Assembly: GCF_000018105.1 (NCBI RefSeq)
Contig: NC_009925.1
Location: 3,570,001-3,602,000 of the forward strand
Source: Acaryochloris marina MBIC11017
GTDB taxonomy: Bacteria; Cyanobacteriota; Cyanobacteriia; Thermosynechococcales; Thermosynechococcaceae
Reading direction: 5' to 3'
DNA length: 32,000 nt
Position numbers and translations under genes: made by a program. The notes below the pieces were generated by a model. That model did no database searches. It had not been told where the DNA came from and saw only the letters and a list, made by a program, of their open reading frames with translations. Positions 8,837 to 17,843 of this stretch are shown here, piece by piece; positions within the stretch are counted from its first letter, which is position 1, and the number at the start of each line of letters is the position of its first letter.

Positions 8837-11443
8837 ATGGCCATATCCTCAGACTCACAATTTGATGATCTGAACCCCTCTTCTGCGGATATAGCGGCGG
8901 CTACCTCGTCGCGATCGCTCCTCGGTATTCTCTGTCTAGGGTTGTATTTCCTATTTACGCTAATGCCCGATAGTCACAGCATCATGGTGTCGTGGCCCTG
9001 GGTGTTTGTGTGGCAATTGACCTGGCTGTGTCCTGTGCTCTGGCTAGTGGGACAGCTTTGGCAGCGTTCACCGATCCCTCGTTTACAGCAAGGTCTAGAT
9101 TGGCTCGCTGCATTGACCATGGTGGGTTTGCTGCTATCGGCCTCCTTGGCTAGATTCCCCAACCAGGCGCGTTGGTACACGGGGGCTGCCCTAGGTGGCA
9201 TAGCCGCCATCTACTGCGTCAACGCCTGGGCAAGAACGCCCCTTCGCCGTCAACGATTACTAGTGACTCAAGGCATCGTGAGTGCTGGTCTGATTGTCAC
9301 CAGCCTTGGCCTTTGGGTGAGCCAGACCTTATTACCAGAGCTGAATCGCCTCCAGTCGCTGCAAAAATTAGGGGTGCAAGCTAGCTATAACTTCTCAACT
9401 CTAGAACTGCGAAATTGGGCTCCCTTTGGTCATCAAAACTATGTGGCTGGCTATTTAGTGCTGGCTTTGCCCCTTTTACTGGGCTTGGGGTTGACCCATC
9501 TGCGTTGGCGATGGTGGTGGTTTGGCTGTTTGGGTTTGGGCCTCATTGATCTGTACACCACTAGCTCTAGAGGCGGTTGGTTAGGGCTTTTGGTTGCCGG
9601 TGTGTATTTGGGATTGGTCCTCTTTCGTCAACAGGGACTGAACCGTCGCTGGTTAATGGGCGGAACCTTGGCTAGCCTTGGCATTGTTGTCGTATTAGTA
9701 TTCGCCAACAATCGCCTTAGCAGTCAAATTAGTAATTTTTTGCAAGGCCGTTCCGGTGGAGATATGGCCTATCGACTGATTACTCATGTGGCCGGTTGGA
9801 ACATGGGACTGCAACAACCTGTGACGGGAATGGGCGTAGGAAGTGTGCCTTTGGCCTATCAAGCCTATCGACCTCACTGGGCAGGCTTAGAAGCCGAACA
9901 TGCCTATCAGTTACATGGAACCTTGCCGCAAATTTGGGCCGAGCTGGGTTTGGCAGGAATGGTTCCTTTTGTCCTCTTGCTGGGGTGGCTGATCTGGCAA
10001 GGGGGGCGATACATGACTCAAGCCACAGTCAATCTCTTGCCCCAAAGTTTGCTCGCCGGCCTCTTAGGATACAGTCTCGTTTCTCTGACAGATTATCAGC
10101 TAGACAATATTGGCATTAGTGGTTTGATGATTATTAGCCTAGGTTGCCTTGCTGGCTTTATGGGGACTACAAGTGACGCAACCCAAGTCAAAGCGCCATC
10201 TGATCAGCGGAGTAAATCAATGGCTGGCGTTCTGCTCGGTATTGTCTTAGCCTTTGGAATATCGGTCGCGCCCATTCATGCTGCTTGGCAGGTGTCTCAC
10301 CAAGGCTTTGCCGCTTTAGAACAGCAAGAGATCGACCGATTTCGCCAGCGCTTGGCAAATGCTCAAGCCAAAGCCCCGTGGGAACCCTATTATTCCTACC
10401 AGTTGGGATGGAACTTAGGAGAGATGGGATTAAAAACCAAGGATCCCAAGCTCAGAAGTTACTTGATTCAAACCGCTAGTCAGCAATTTATTCAAGGCAA
10501 TCAGGCCGCCCCAGATCAAGAGTTTGGCCATACCAACTTAGGGTGGCTATATTTGCAGACGGATCCACGACAAGCGACCCAAGAATTTGCCCAGTCGGCA
10601 GAACTGCTGCCTGCAAAGCGAGGGGTCTTTTTTGGGTTGGGTCTGAGTTTATTAGGCCAGGGGCAAACCGATCTCGCTGTGCAAGCTATGACCTTAGAAT
10701 GCCTGCGCAATCCTATCTGGATTACGAGTCCTGCTTGGAAGTCGCCCCCCTTGCAGTCGATTTATGACAAGGTTCTAGCTAAATTAGGACAAACCTATAA
10801 CCAATTGTTGCAAGGGCATCAGCATTTAGATGATCTAAATACCCATCTCCATAAAGGTAGAGGGAGTTTGGAGTGGTGGCGTGGCAACTTTGAGGCAGCC
10901 CAAGCCGATCTCGACACTTATGGTAGCCCCCTCAGTCGAGCTTTGGTAGAGGTGGCTCAAAGTAAACCAGGGGGACCCATTCAGGTTTCCCCAGAATTAT
11001 CGAACGCCTCTCGCCATATCCTGCAAGCTTGGGCAATGCCTGATCAACGATTGTCTTTGTTGGCGAAAGCTTGGCTTAGGGGAACGGAGACGGATGCAAC
11101 AGAGCAACTGGTGCAAATTACCTCAGATAGTATGCAGCAGGCGCGAACGTTTCAGGAGTGGTTGCAAGATTATCCCATCGTGCGTAAATATCATCGACAA
11201 CGGTCTGGTTTTGGGGTTTTGAGTCGTCATACCGATGGTCCTAATCCGACAGACTTTTTTCGGGTCATCGATAATGTAGTTATGACCGAAATTTTTAGTG
11301 ACATGATGCCTGTTCCTGAATATTTTCCTGATTTAGATCGGGCCTTACAAGAGCGCCGTAATGCTTTGTTATCAGAGGTTAAAGCTATATCAGAGAATGC
11401 TATGCTGACCTCATCGCTGATTCAAAGTGGTGCCATGGATTAG
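8837..11443 (+). CDS. O-antigen ligase/polymerase (Wzy_C)-like polytopic membrane protein with a large C-terminal soluble, TPR-like region
   Basis: The ORF is open from 8684, but that part overlaps the GH10 start. ATG at 8837 (MAISSDSQ...) is in frame. The first roughly 480 aa have many hydrophobic segments and include TSSRGGWLGLLVAGVYLGL, as in O-antigen ligase domains. The last roughly 400 aa are hydrophilic and helical-repeat-like. Confidence 0.6.
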   Translation: MAISSDSQFDDLNPSSADIAAATSSRSLLGILCLGLYFLFTLMPDSHSIMVSWPWVFVWQLTWLCPVLWLVGQLWQRSPIPRLQQGLDWLAALTMVGLLLSASLARFPNQARWYTGAALGGIAAIYCVNAWARTPLRRQRLLVTQGIVSAGLIVTSLGLWVSQTLLPELNRLQSLQKLGVQASYNFSTLELRNWAPFGHQNYVAGYLVLALPLLLGLGLTHLRWRWWWFGCLGLGLIDLYTTSSRGGWLGLLVAGVYLGLVLFRQQGLNRRWLMGGTLASLGIVVVLVFANNRLSSQISNFLQGRSGGDMAYRLITHVAGWNMGLQQPVTGMGVGSVPLAYQAYRPHWAGLEAEHAYQLHGTLPQIWAELGLAGMVPFVLLLGWLIWQGGRYMTQATVNLLPQSLLAGLLGYSLVSLTDYQLDNIGISGLMIISLGCLAGFMGTTSDATQVKAPSDQRSKSMAGVLLGIVLAFGISVAPIHAAWQVSHQGFAALEQQEIDRFRQRLANAQAKAPWEPYYSYQLGWNLGEMGLKTKDPKLRSYLIQTASQQFIQGNQAAPDQEFGHTNLGWLYLQTDPRQATQEFAQSAELLPAKRGVFFGLGLSLLGQGQTDLAVQAMTLECLRNPIWITSPAWKSPPLQSIYDKVLAKLGQTYNQLLQGHQHLDDLNTHLHKGRGSLEWWRGNFEAAQADLDTYGSPLSRALVEVAQSKPGGPIQVSPELSNASRHILQAWAMPDQRLSLLAKAWLRGTETDATEQLVQITSDSMQQARTFQEWLQDYPIVRKYHRQRSGFGVLSRHTDGPNPTDFFRVIDNVVMTEIFSDMMPVPEYFPDLDRALQERRNALLSEVKAISENAMLTSSLIQSGAMD

Positions 11444-11513
11444 AACCCTCTAATTCCCTGTTGCAACCTGTCAACCTACTTTTTAATTGCGCTATTCTTC
11501 GGAGAATAACCCC

Positions 11514-11819
11514 ATGAGTGAACCCAGCGATCAGGTCCCTATGAAAGATGCTACCCCTAGCGACCCCACTCGGGTTGAGGAATTTAAACTCAGCAGTGGC
11601 TCAGTGATGGATAAAGTCAAAGAGCTGGTTAAAAAAGGCAATGTCCGCAAAATCATCATTAAAACGGATGCTGGACGTTCGCTAATGGAGATTCCTCTGT
11701 CCGTCGGAGTGGGGGTTGGCGCTGTTGGCATCATTACCGCTCCGTTATTAACTGTTTTGGGTGTTGTGGGAGTTTTTGCAGCACGTCTTACTATTGTTAT
11801 AGAAAAATCCCTGGAATAG
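11514..11819 (+). CDS. DUF4342 domain protein
   Basis: EEFKLSSGSVMDKVKELVKKGNVRKIIIKTDAGRSLMEIPLSVGVGVGAVGIITAPLL matches the DUF4342 pattern I know (...KVKELI.EGNVRRI.I....G....EIPL..GV....). ATG at 11514 is preferred over TTG at 11487. Confidence 0.6.
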   Translation: MSEPSDQVPMKDATPSDPTRVEEFKLSSGSVMDKVKELVKKGNVRKIIIKTDAGRSLMEIPLSVGVGVGAVGIITAPLLTVLGVVGVFAARLTIVIEKSLE

Positions 11820-11831
11820 TTAAGGACTGGA

Positions 11832-12272
11832 ATGGAATTTCAAACGCAAGCTCAGCAAGAGTGCCACACCAAAGTTGCCAGCTGGATGGATGAACTCTTT
11901 GAAGACATCCCTTGGGAGAAACTAGATGAGCCAGGTTTTGGACTGTTTATGGGCTCAGCATGGGTAGAGGTACGCGTTTTTCCTTGGCAGGAAGATAGTG
12001 TGATCAATATTCGCTCTACCGTTGTCTCAGGGGCGAATATGGCAGCTGATTTGCAATCCCATCTGTTACGCGAAAATGCAGAAATGCGGTTTGGCGCATT
12101 TTCTGTGAACGATGCGGGGGACATCCTATTTGAGCATACGATTGTGGGGTCGACTTGCGATCCCAATGAGTTAGAAGCTTCAGTACAAGCCGTTTTGGCT
12201 GCTGCCGATAATTACGATGATCAAATTGTTCAGCGCTGGGGTGGTGAAAGGGCTCTTGATCGACCGGTTTAA
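11832..12272 (+). CDS. YbjN-like (putative sensory transduction regulator / chaperone-like) protein
   Basis: 146-aa acidic protein. Its size and pattern (FGLFMGSAWVEVRVFPW...VINIRSTVV...LLRENAEMRFGAFSV...DILFEHTIVG) resemble YbjN-family proteins. It starts 12 nt after the DUF4342 stop. Confidence 0.45.
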   Translation: MEFQTQAQQECHTKVASWMDELFEDIPWEKLDEPGFGLFMGSAWVEVRVFPWQEDSVINIRSTVVSGANMAADLQSHLLRENAEMRFGAFSVNDAGDILFEHTIVGSTCDPNELEASVQAVLAAADNYDDQIVQRWGGERALDRPV

Positions 12273-12334
12273 GCGGCAGAGGGTATCCCTGAAGGATAGT
12301 AAGAATAGCTACAAGGTTGGTAAGCTGATACGGC

Positions 12335-13099
12335 TCAATAGTCTGGATGCCAATTGATCGTGCCAACATCAGTCGTATGAGCAACTAAACGAGTGGTCTC
12401 AACCTCGTAGCCTGGCATTCCTTGGGAATCAGGAGCAGGTCGTTCATTCCTACGCACAGACTCAACCTTGAGTTTTGCAGTTTTAGGTTCAGTACCCCAT
12501 AGTGAAGATTTTACTTGGTCCTGGTCATCAGAAATGTCTAGGGCTAATTGCAAATCAACGGTCTGATGATTGTTGATGATCAAGTCTTTATAGCCATAAA
12601 AGACGGCTGCATCCCTGCCTAAGGGAAAAAATCGACGATCCCCATAAGGGTCGATGCTATGGTTATGACGCTCTAGAATGTCACAGCCAGACAACAGAAA
12701 TGTATTGAATAAATTAGTAGAGATTAAACACAGCCCACCGCCAACATCTTTTGTGACCGTCCCATTGAAAAAGGCAGGGCCTTCGCAATAACCATTGCTG
12801 AGAGTGGGACGAGGCACTTGATGCCAGAAACTAAAGACTTTATGAGCTTTGAGAATCAAGCCATCTAGATGCTGGACCGCAATTTGTAGGTTCTTGAGGC
12901 GGTTGGCATTGATTGCACTAGCGCCAGGGCGCTGAGGAATGGGAGTTACAAACTGACTCCAAAGGTAGGAATATTTATCCCTGAGTGGTTGGGCCTGCTG
13001 ATGGGCAAATCGGAAAATATCGCCTTGCAAGAGATGTCGTGTCAGTCTTAAGCCAGATCGTACTGTTTGTTTAGCCGGTAACCACTGAGAGGTTGCCAT
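12335..13099 (-). CDS. VanW family protein
   Basis: GGGLCLISTNLFNTFLLSGCDILERHNHSIDPYGDRRFFPLGRDAAVFYGYKDLIINN matches the VanW core (GGG.CQ.S..L....L..G..I.ER..HS....Y...G.DA.V). Confidence 0.8.
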   Translation of the reverse strand: MATSQWLPAKQTVRSGLRLTRHLLQGDIFRFAHQQAQPLRDKYSYLWSQFVTPIPQRPGASAINANRLKNLQIAVQHLDGLILKAHKVFSFWHQVPRPTLSNGYCEGPAFFNGTVTKDVGGGLCLISTNLFNTFLLSGCDILERHNHSIDPYGDRRFFPLGRDAAVFYGYKDLIINNHQTVDLQLALDISDDQDQVKSSLWGTEPKTAKLKVESVRRNERPAPDSQGMPGYEVETTRLVAHTTDVGTINWHPDY

Positions 13100-13245
13100 A
13101 GTGCTTGATCCCCCGTACTGTCATACCCAGTTTACCCACCCTTAGTTTGTGACTAACTTGTGTTAGTGGGAGCATGCAAAACCCTTAGCCTGTTTACAGA
13201 CTAAGGCTTATCTCTGAAGGATGGAAGTTTGTTTGTCTATTGATA

Positions 13246-13297
13246 GGGCTTGCTTCGAAAGTCTAAGGTTGAATATTGACAGTTTATCCAAGCGGGC
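13246..13297. repeat. Solo, inverted copy of the transposase-proximal end of the neighbouring IS
   Basis: About 41 of 52 positions at 13246-13297 are identical to the reverse complement of 15891-15942. The first 12 nt (GGGCTTGCTTCG) are identical. Similarity is lost after about 50 nt and no transposase sequence follows. Confidence 0.75.
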
Positions 13298-13664
13298 TTT
13301 GGTGTACTTGCTCTCAGGATTGAAGAAGCCAAACGACCCGCCAGTCATCGCCACATAGTGGGTATCTCGATGCTCATCCCTGATGTAAAACTCGTATTCT
13401 CAGCTACTAATCAGGGAGGCACTGCAAATTCATTCAATGGTCCTAACGACGTCGCCAAAATTCTGGTCCGCACAATAGTGCGAATCTTATCAAACTGTTG
13501 TCGGTCAGACTAAGGTGTAGACGAATCAGCTAAGGCAATTAGAGCGTTCATACCGCCATCCTGGTCTGTATGAAAGGAAAGATGGGCCAGAAGTGCCGCG
13601 ATATTAGTGTTCTGGCTTGAAATAAGGGCTTTTACTTGCTTAGGCTGATCTCTAGGACTTTGAG

Positions 13665-14141
13665 TCAGGTTGTGAAGGTATAAATGTAGATTTTACTCGT
13701 TTTAGGGTCGATACCAATCCAGCCATGAATTCGCTGGGTATAAGGACGCAGCTTAAACGATTCTAAGGAGGAATAGTCGTCAGCTTTCACCCACCACTCT
13801 GGCGAGGTCTGGGGGGCAACATAGTCAGGCTGCACTTTAAGGGGCAATAGTTTCCCTCGCCAAGCCGGTAGATCGTTAGGCTTGATTTCTAGCATGCCAG
13901 AAGAGACATAATCGCTGGGTCCCAACTGGTTATCTCCTATTTTTTCTTCCAGAAAGTAGGCATTGTTCAATGGGCTGGGTAGTGGTTCTTGCGTGACTAA
14001 TAGCTGGGTAATGGTCTCAATGCGTTCAGCTTTTGAGCCTTCGATTTCGCTAACTGTGACAGGGGCGGATTTTGTAGAGAACCCTGGCTGGCAGGCTGTG
14101 ATTAGAATTGAGCCTATGGTTGCCAGTATTGTCGGCCTCAT
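13665..14141 (-). CDS. Hypothetical lipoprotein
   Basis: 158-aa ORF with a signal peptide and lipobox (MRPTILATIGSILITAC). I recognise no family. Its ATG overlaps the stop of the transposase read-through frame (ATGA at 14141..14138). Confidence 0.6.
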   Translation of the reverse strand: MRPTILATIGSILITACQPGFSTKSAPVTVSEIEGSKAERIETITQLLVTQEPLPSPLNNAYFLEEKIGDNQLGPSDYVSSGMLEIKPNDLPAWRGKLLPLKVQPDYVAPQTSPEWWVKADDYSSLESFKLRPYTQRIHGWIGIDPKTSKIYIYTFTT

Positions 14142-15826
14142 CTACCTTTTTGTCCTATCTGGAGAGTCTCATAGGGACTTGGGCCGGTTCTGTAACTCCC
14201 ATCCTGTTCTCCCCACGATAACAACAAGACATTTAATTTTAGGTAGGGTTTGCTGAGAAAGTAAATTGAGCAAATTCCATGCATCAAATCGTACAAGCAA
14301 CCCATTTGTGACGGCCAGAGCCATATCCTTTGACTGGCCCTAGCAAAGCCCCAAGGAAGTCCTGACAGCTCCATAACGCTTTCCAAAACCAGCAATCCCA
14401 CCCCAAAAATGAACGATAAAAAGTGGCTGAGCCACCGCTCCAGATTCATGACCAAGAACGTGATAGCAATCGCACTGGCAGCCGTATCCGCTAACTTCGC
14501 CATCACTCGATTCAAGCCAAACCGTCGCTTGGCCTGCCCAAACTTACCCTCAATCTGGACCCTCACCTTTTCATCCTCACACGCTTGTTGCTTGAGTTGG
14601 GTCTGTACTTGTGGGTCTTGTTGAGGTCTTCCTAACGGCGGTCCACTCAAGCGAATCCCCCGAGCTTTACACCATCGTCGATTAGCCCGAGTCCGATAGA
14701 TTTGGTCAGCATGGACTGAGAAAGGATAATGGCCAAAGCGACGACGAAAGGCTTCCACTTGATGTTGAAGATGCTGGGATTCATTGAACGCATCCCAACT
14801 CAAGCGCTCCAGAAACACACATCCACGCACACAACTGAGGGATAGCTTGGCTCCAAACTCAACGGGTGTTCCAGCTTTGCCTCGGACCATCGGTCGGACA
14901 TGAGGCTGACTCATACTGACAATCCGGTCGTCCACTCGACGTACTGACTGTTGATACATCCATTCTTGCTGTCGAAAGACTTCATGAATCACCAGCAACA
15001 GACGGTACTGCCGCCGGGACAATTGGGATAGGGAAGCCCCCAATGTTATCAACCCATCAATATGGGCTAGATTGCGACGCACATAGCCCAACTGCTGACG
15101 AATCCCTTTACGAATCAGCTTGCGGCTCGGTTGACGTTTTTTGGCAATGGCCAGATAGGCTTTGCGGGCCTTCTGGCGGTAGGTGCGAGGTTTGCACTTG
15201 AGGGACAGCATGACTTGAGCATATAAAGCATCGAGGATGGCTTCGCTTGCTTTGCGGGCATCATTGAGCAAATCCAAGTCTGTCGGATAGCGAATATCGG
15301 CTGGTGCACAGGTCGCATCTATCAACAATTGGCCCTGGTTGGGAGGGGCAGGAGGCTCATCTTCATCATCGTCAGAGGGAGGAGATGACTCAGGGGACAT
15401 CGCCACAGGAGACCCCTCGGATGCCAGCACAGAGTCCACGACTGCGTCATTGACTTGAGCTAGCAGCTCTAGATTCAACCGTTGGCGAAAGTGAACCAGC
15501 ATGGAGGCATCAAACGGAGCACTCTCTCGATATTCACTAAACCCCAGAAAGTACTGCAAGTAGGGGTTCTCTCGAATCTGTTCTACGGTCTCTGCGTCGG
15601 ATATACCCAGTTTCTCTTTGATGATTAAGGTCCCTAAGGCCACACGAAAGGGTTTGGCAGGTGCCCCCATGGTCTGACTGAATTGGTCTGCATATTCTGA
15701 CTCAAAGCTCTCCCAAGGAATCAACTCGGCTAGTTTGACCCAGCGATTCTCTCCTGAAAGTTTCCCTCCAAAGGGCAAGTAGAAGTTCTCAAAGGACAGT
15801 TGACCGGGGGATGGACGGCGATACAT
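14138..15826 (-). CDS. IS5-family (DUF772 N-terminal plus DDE) transposase; the last 35 codons are read-through into flanking DNA
   Basis: The N-terminus (LSFENFYLPFGGKLSGENRWVKLAELIPWE...PFRVALGTLIIKEKLGISDAETVEQIRENPYLQYFLGF) is typical of IS5/IS1182-like transposases. So is the C-terminal block IEGKFGQAKRRFGLNRVMAKL...AITFLVMNL. There is no stop codon inside the element. Confidence 0.85.
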   Translation of the reverse strand: MYRRPSPGQLSFENFYLPFGGKLSGENRWVKLAELIPWESFESEYADQFSQTMGAPAKPFRVALGTLIIKEKLGISDAETVEQIRENPYLQYFLGFSEYRESAPFDASMLVHFRQRLNLELLAQVNDAVVDSVLASEGSPVAMSPESSPPSDDDEDEPPAPPNQGQLLIDATCAPADIRYPTDLDLLNDARKASEAILDALYAQVMLSLKCKPRTYRQKARKAYLAIAKKRQPSRKLIRKGIRQQLGYVRRNLAHIDGLITLGASLSQLSRRQYRLLLVIHEVFRQQEWMYQQSVRRVDDRIVSMSQPHVRPMVRGKAGTPVEFGAKLSLSCVRGCVFLERLSWDAFNESQHLQHQVEAFRRRFGHYPFSVHADQIYRTRANRRWCKARGIRLSGPPLGRPQQDPQVQTQLKQQACEDEKVRVQIEGKFGQAKRRFGLNRVMAKLADTAASAIAITFLVMNLERWLSHFLSFIFGVGLLVLESVMELSGLPWGFARASQRIWLWPSQMGCLYDLMHGICSIYFLSKPYLKLNVLLLSWGEQDGSYRTGPSPYETLQIGQKGR

Positions 15827-15942
15827 CGGGTTGCAGGTGCAAGGGTTTTAAATATTTTGAATGATTTTCCTTGCACTTCTCAAGGGCCCTCAACACTTGG
15901 ATACACTGCAAATATTGGAACTTAGACTTCCGAAGCAAGCCC
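14246..15942 (-). mobile_element. IS5-family insertion sequence (1,697 bp) with a 6-bp target-site duplication
   Basis: The terminal inverted repeats are GGGTTTGCTGAGAAAGT (14246 inward) and GGGCTTGCTTCGGAAGT (15942 inward), 13 of 17 identical. The same hexamer TAGGTA flanks both ends (14240-14245 and 15943-15948). A single transposase ORF fills the element. Confidence 0.8.
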
Positions 15943-16019
15943 TAGGTATGCAGTGCAGTTTTATTAGGTGTCTTAGCCGAAATGATAGGTATGAAATGAG
16001 CGTGTATGAGAAGGCTCGA

Positions 16020-17684
16020 TTATTTGCCCAATTCCGCTAACCGCTTGTCTAATAGCATCAAAAAAGGTTTGATTTGGTCTTGGTTTGGGGTGTAGTAGAG
16101 ATTGGCATTGCCCCGGTCTGTATCTTCCCAAAATTTGGGTTGAGATGCCCGTAAGCGATCGCAAGTTTTCTCGATTCGCTGCCGAAAGGCTTTATCCCCC
16201 AAAACGGCAATATCATCCAAAATATCGGCAATAATACAGTCTACAAAGTCATACTTTTGCTCTTTGAGATAAAAAAGAGCTAGACAAATTTGTAAGGTGC
16301 GTACCCCACTATTGAGATGAGCCTGATTAGAATTATCGGTTTCAATCTCCGGGGGACGATCCACCAGCAGCATCTCGCCGAGCAGCTGTTTTTGAATTTC
16401 TTCAGACCATTGCTGTTGATGGACCAGGACCAAGATTTTTTTCATTTCTGCTGCCACCACATCCACAATGAAATACATGGCAGAGCTATTGCGACCGTAG
16501 CCATAGGCTTCATTCCCATACAGACGCAGGTAATAAAAGCTCTGCCAGGAATGATGAAGACGGTGGTGGGTGACTAGGTTCTCAATAAAAGCCCGGTAAT
16601 GAAAGGCCAAATTATAGAGATTGCGGGCCTCATTATGTTTCACCCCATGTTTCAGGGCAAACCGGAACATGGTGTTAAAGCGGACAATAATCACTTCTAA
16701 GAGCTGATCGTCTTTCAGTTCGATGGCTTTGAGGCCAATGTTGCTCATCTCTGAAGCACAGAGAGAGGCTAAATCGAATTCTGAATCATCCAAGAGATGG
16801 ACATAGATATTCCCTAAGAGGCGAAAGCATTTCTGCTCATAAAAGGTTTTGCTCCGTTCTAGATCCTCGAATTGATCAATCAGGGTTTTGAAGGAAATAT
16901 CAGAGCAAACCGTATGTCCAACTCTAAAGAACTTGGGATTAATGTTGGGCTTTGTGGTGATGTAAGTCTGAATCATCAGACTAATATTTTGAATGGCTTG
17001 GGCTTTGGGTTCCTTGAAGGTCAGATATTCCAGCAAATTGCCTAACTGGTTCAAAGACTCTAAAAGGCGACGCTGGCATTCTTCCCGATAAGCATTGTTG
17101 TGGAGGAGGCGGTTGACGGAAGATCGTTGCAATTTGTGGATATTAGCGATATGGGTATCGACAATCTTGCGGATCACCGTAATTGGCTGAATGCTTTTGA
17201 GAACATAGAAAATATAGGGAAATGCAATGATGATCGACCCCGGTAAAAAGATATAGAGATTCAGCATCAGGCTAGCGGGCCTGATGCTGGCCGTATCTTG
17301 GTAATACTTGATCAGAAGAGCATGGCTGCCGCCGATCATCAAGAACCAAATGTAGGTTAAGCTCACCCAATCCCGCATGTAGAGTTCAGCAATTTTGGGA
17401 ATGGTTTGGGCGGCGACGGAGATGGCAATCACCAAGGTCCCGAGGGTTAGGGCAATGAGGGATAGCCATACCTCAGGGGCAAAGCCAATATCGAGGGTCT
17501 CTAAAAAATTGGGGTAAACCTGCCAGATTTGCTCTAGGGTTTGTCTGGACAGGGTAAATAAACGGGTGCAGAGGATATCGACGGAGATAAATCCCGCCAG
17601 CACCGTTAGAAAAGACAATAGGGAACGGTGCTTAGACCCGAGGGCAATGATTCGATGCAGCAGATAAAGGACTTTTAAATCCAC
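16020..17684 (-). CDS. Membrane protein with four N-terminal TM helices and a cytoplasmic domain of about 370 aa (DUF2254-like, tentative)
   Basis: 554-aa ORF with a GTG start. AAAGGAGA lies 12 nt upstream. The hydrophobic N-terminal third includes TLVIAISVAAQTIPKIAELYMRDW, reminiscent of the DUF2254 S-I-T-L-V-A-L-Q...PR motif. The remainder is helical and hydrophilic. Confidence 0.5.
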   Translation of the reverse strand: MDLKVLYLLHRIIALGSKHRSLLSFLTVLAGFISVDILCTRLFTLSRQTLEQIWQVYPNFLETLDIGFAPEVWLSLIALTLGTLVIAISVAAQTIPKIAELYMRDWVSLTYIWFLMIGGSHALLIKYYQDTASIRPASLMLNLYIFLPGSIIIAFPYIFYVLKSIQPITVIRKIVDTHIANIHKLQRSSVNRLLHNNAYREECQRRLLESLNQLGNLLEYLTFKEPKAQAIQNISLMIQTYITTKPNINPKFFRVGHTVCSDISFKTLIDQFEDLERSKTFYEQKCFRLLGNIYVHLLDDSEFDLASLCASEMSNIGLKAIELKDDQLLEVIIVRFNTMFRFALKHGVKHNEARNLYNLAFHYRAFIENLVTHHRLHHSWQSFYYLRLYGNEAYGYGRNSSAMYFIVDVVAAEMKKILVLVHQQQWSEEIQKQLLGEMLLVDRPPEIETDNSNQAHLNSGVRTLQICLALFYLKEQKYDFVDCIIADILDDIAVLGDKAFRQRIEKTCDRLRASQPKFWEDTDRGNANLYYTPNQDQIKPFLMLLDKRLAELGK

Positions 17685-17843
17685 AGGTCAGCGGAGTCTC
17701 CTTTAAACGACTATCCGCTCCCAATCGAAACAAACTGGTTAGCTGAGCTAGGATAGTCTGTTGAATTGGGAGCGGTCTAGCGGATCATTCAAGTTAAAGT
17801 CTGACTGCCGAAAGAACTCCGACATTAACTACTAGGTAGTTGA

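Noticed and set aside
14138-14245. C-terminal 35 residues of the transposase ORF as a genuine transposase domain
   Set aside because: They are encoded outside the inverted repeat and target duplication, so they are fortuitous read-through into host DNA.
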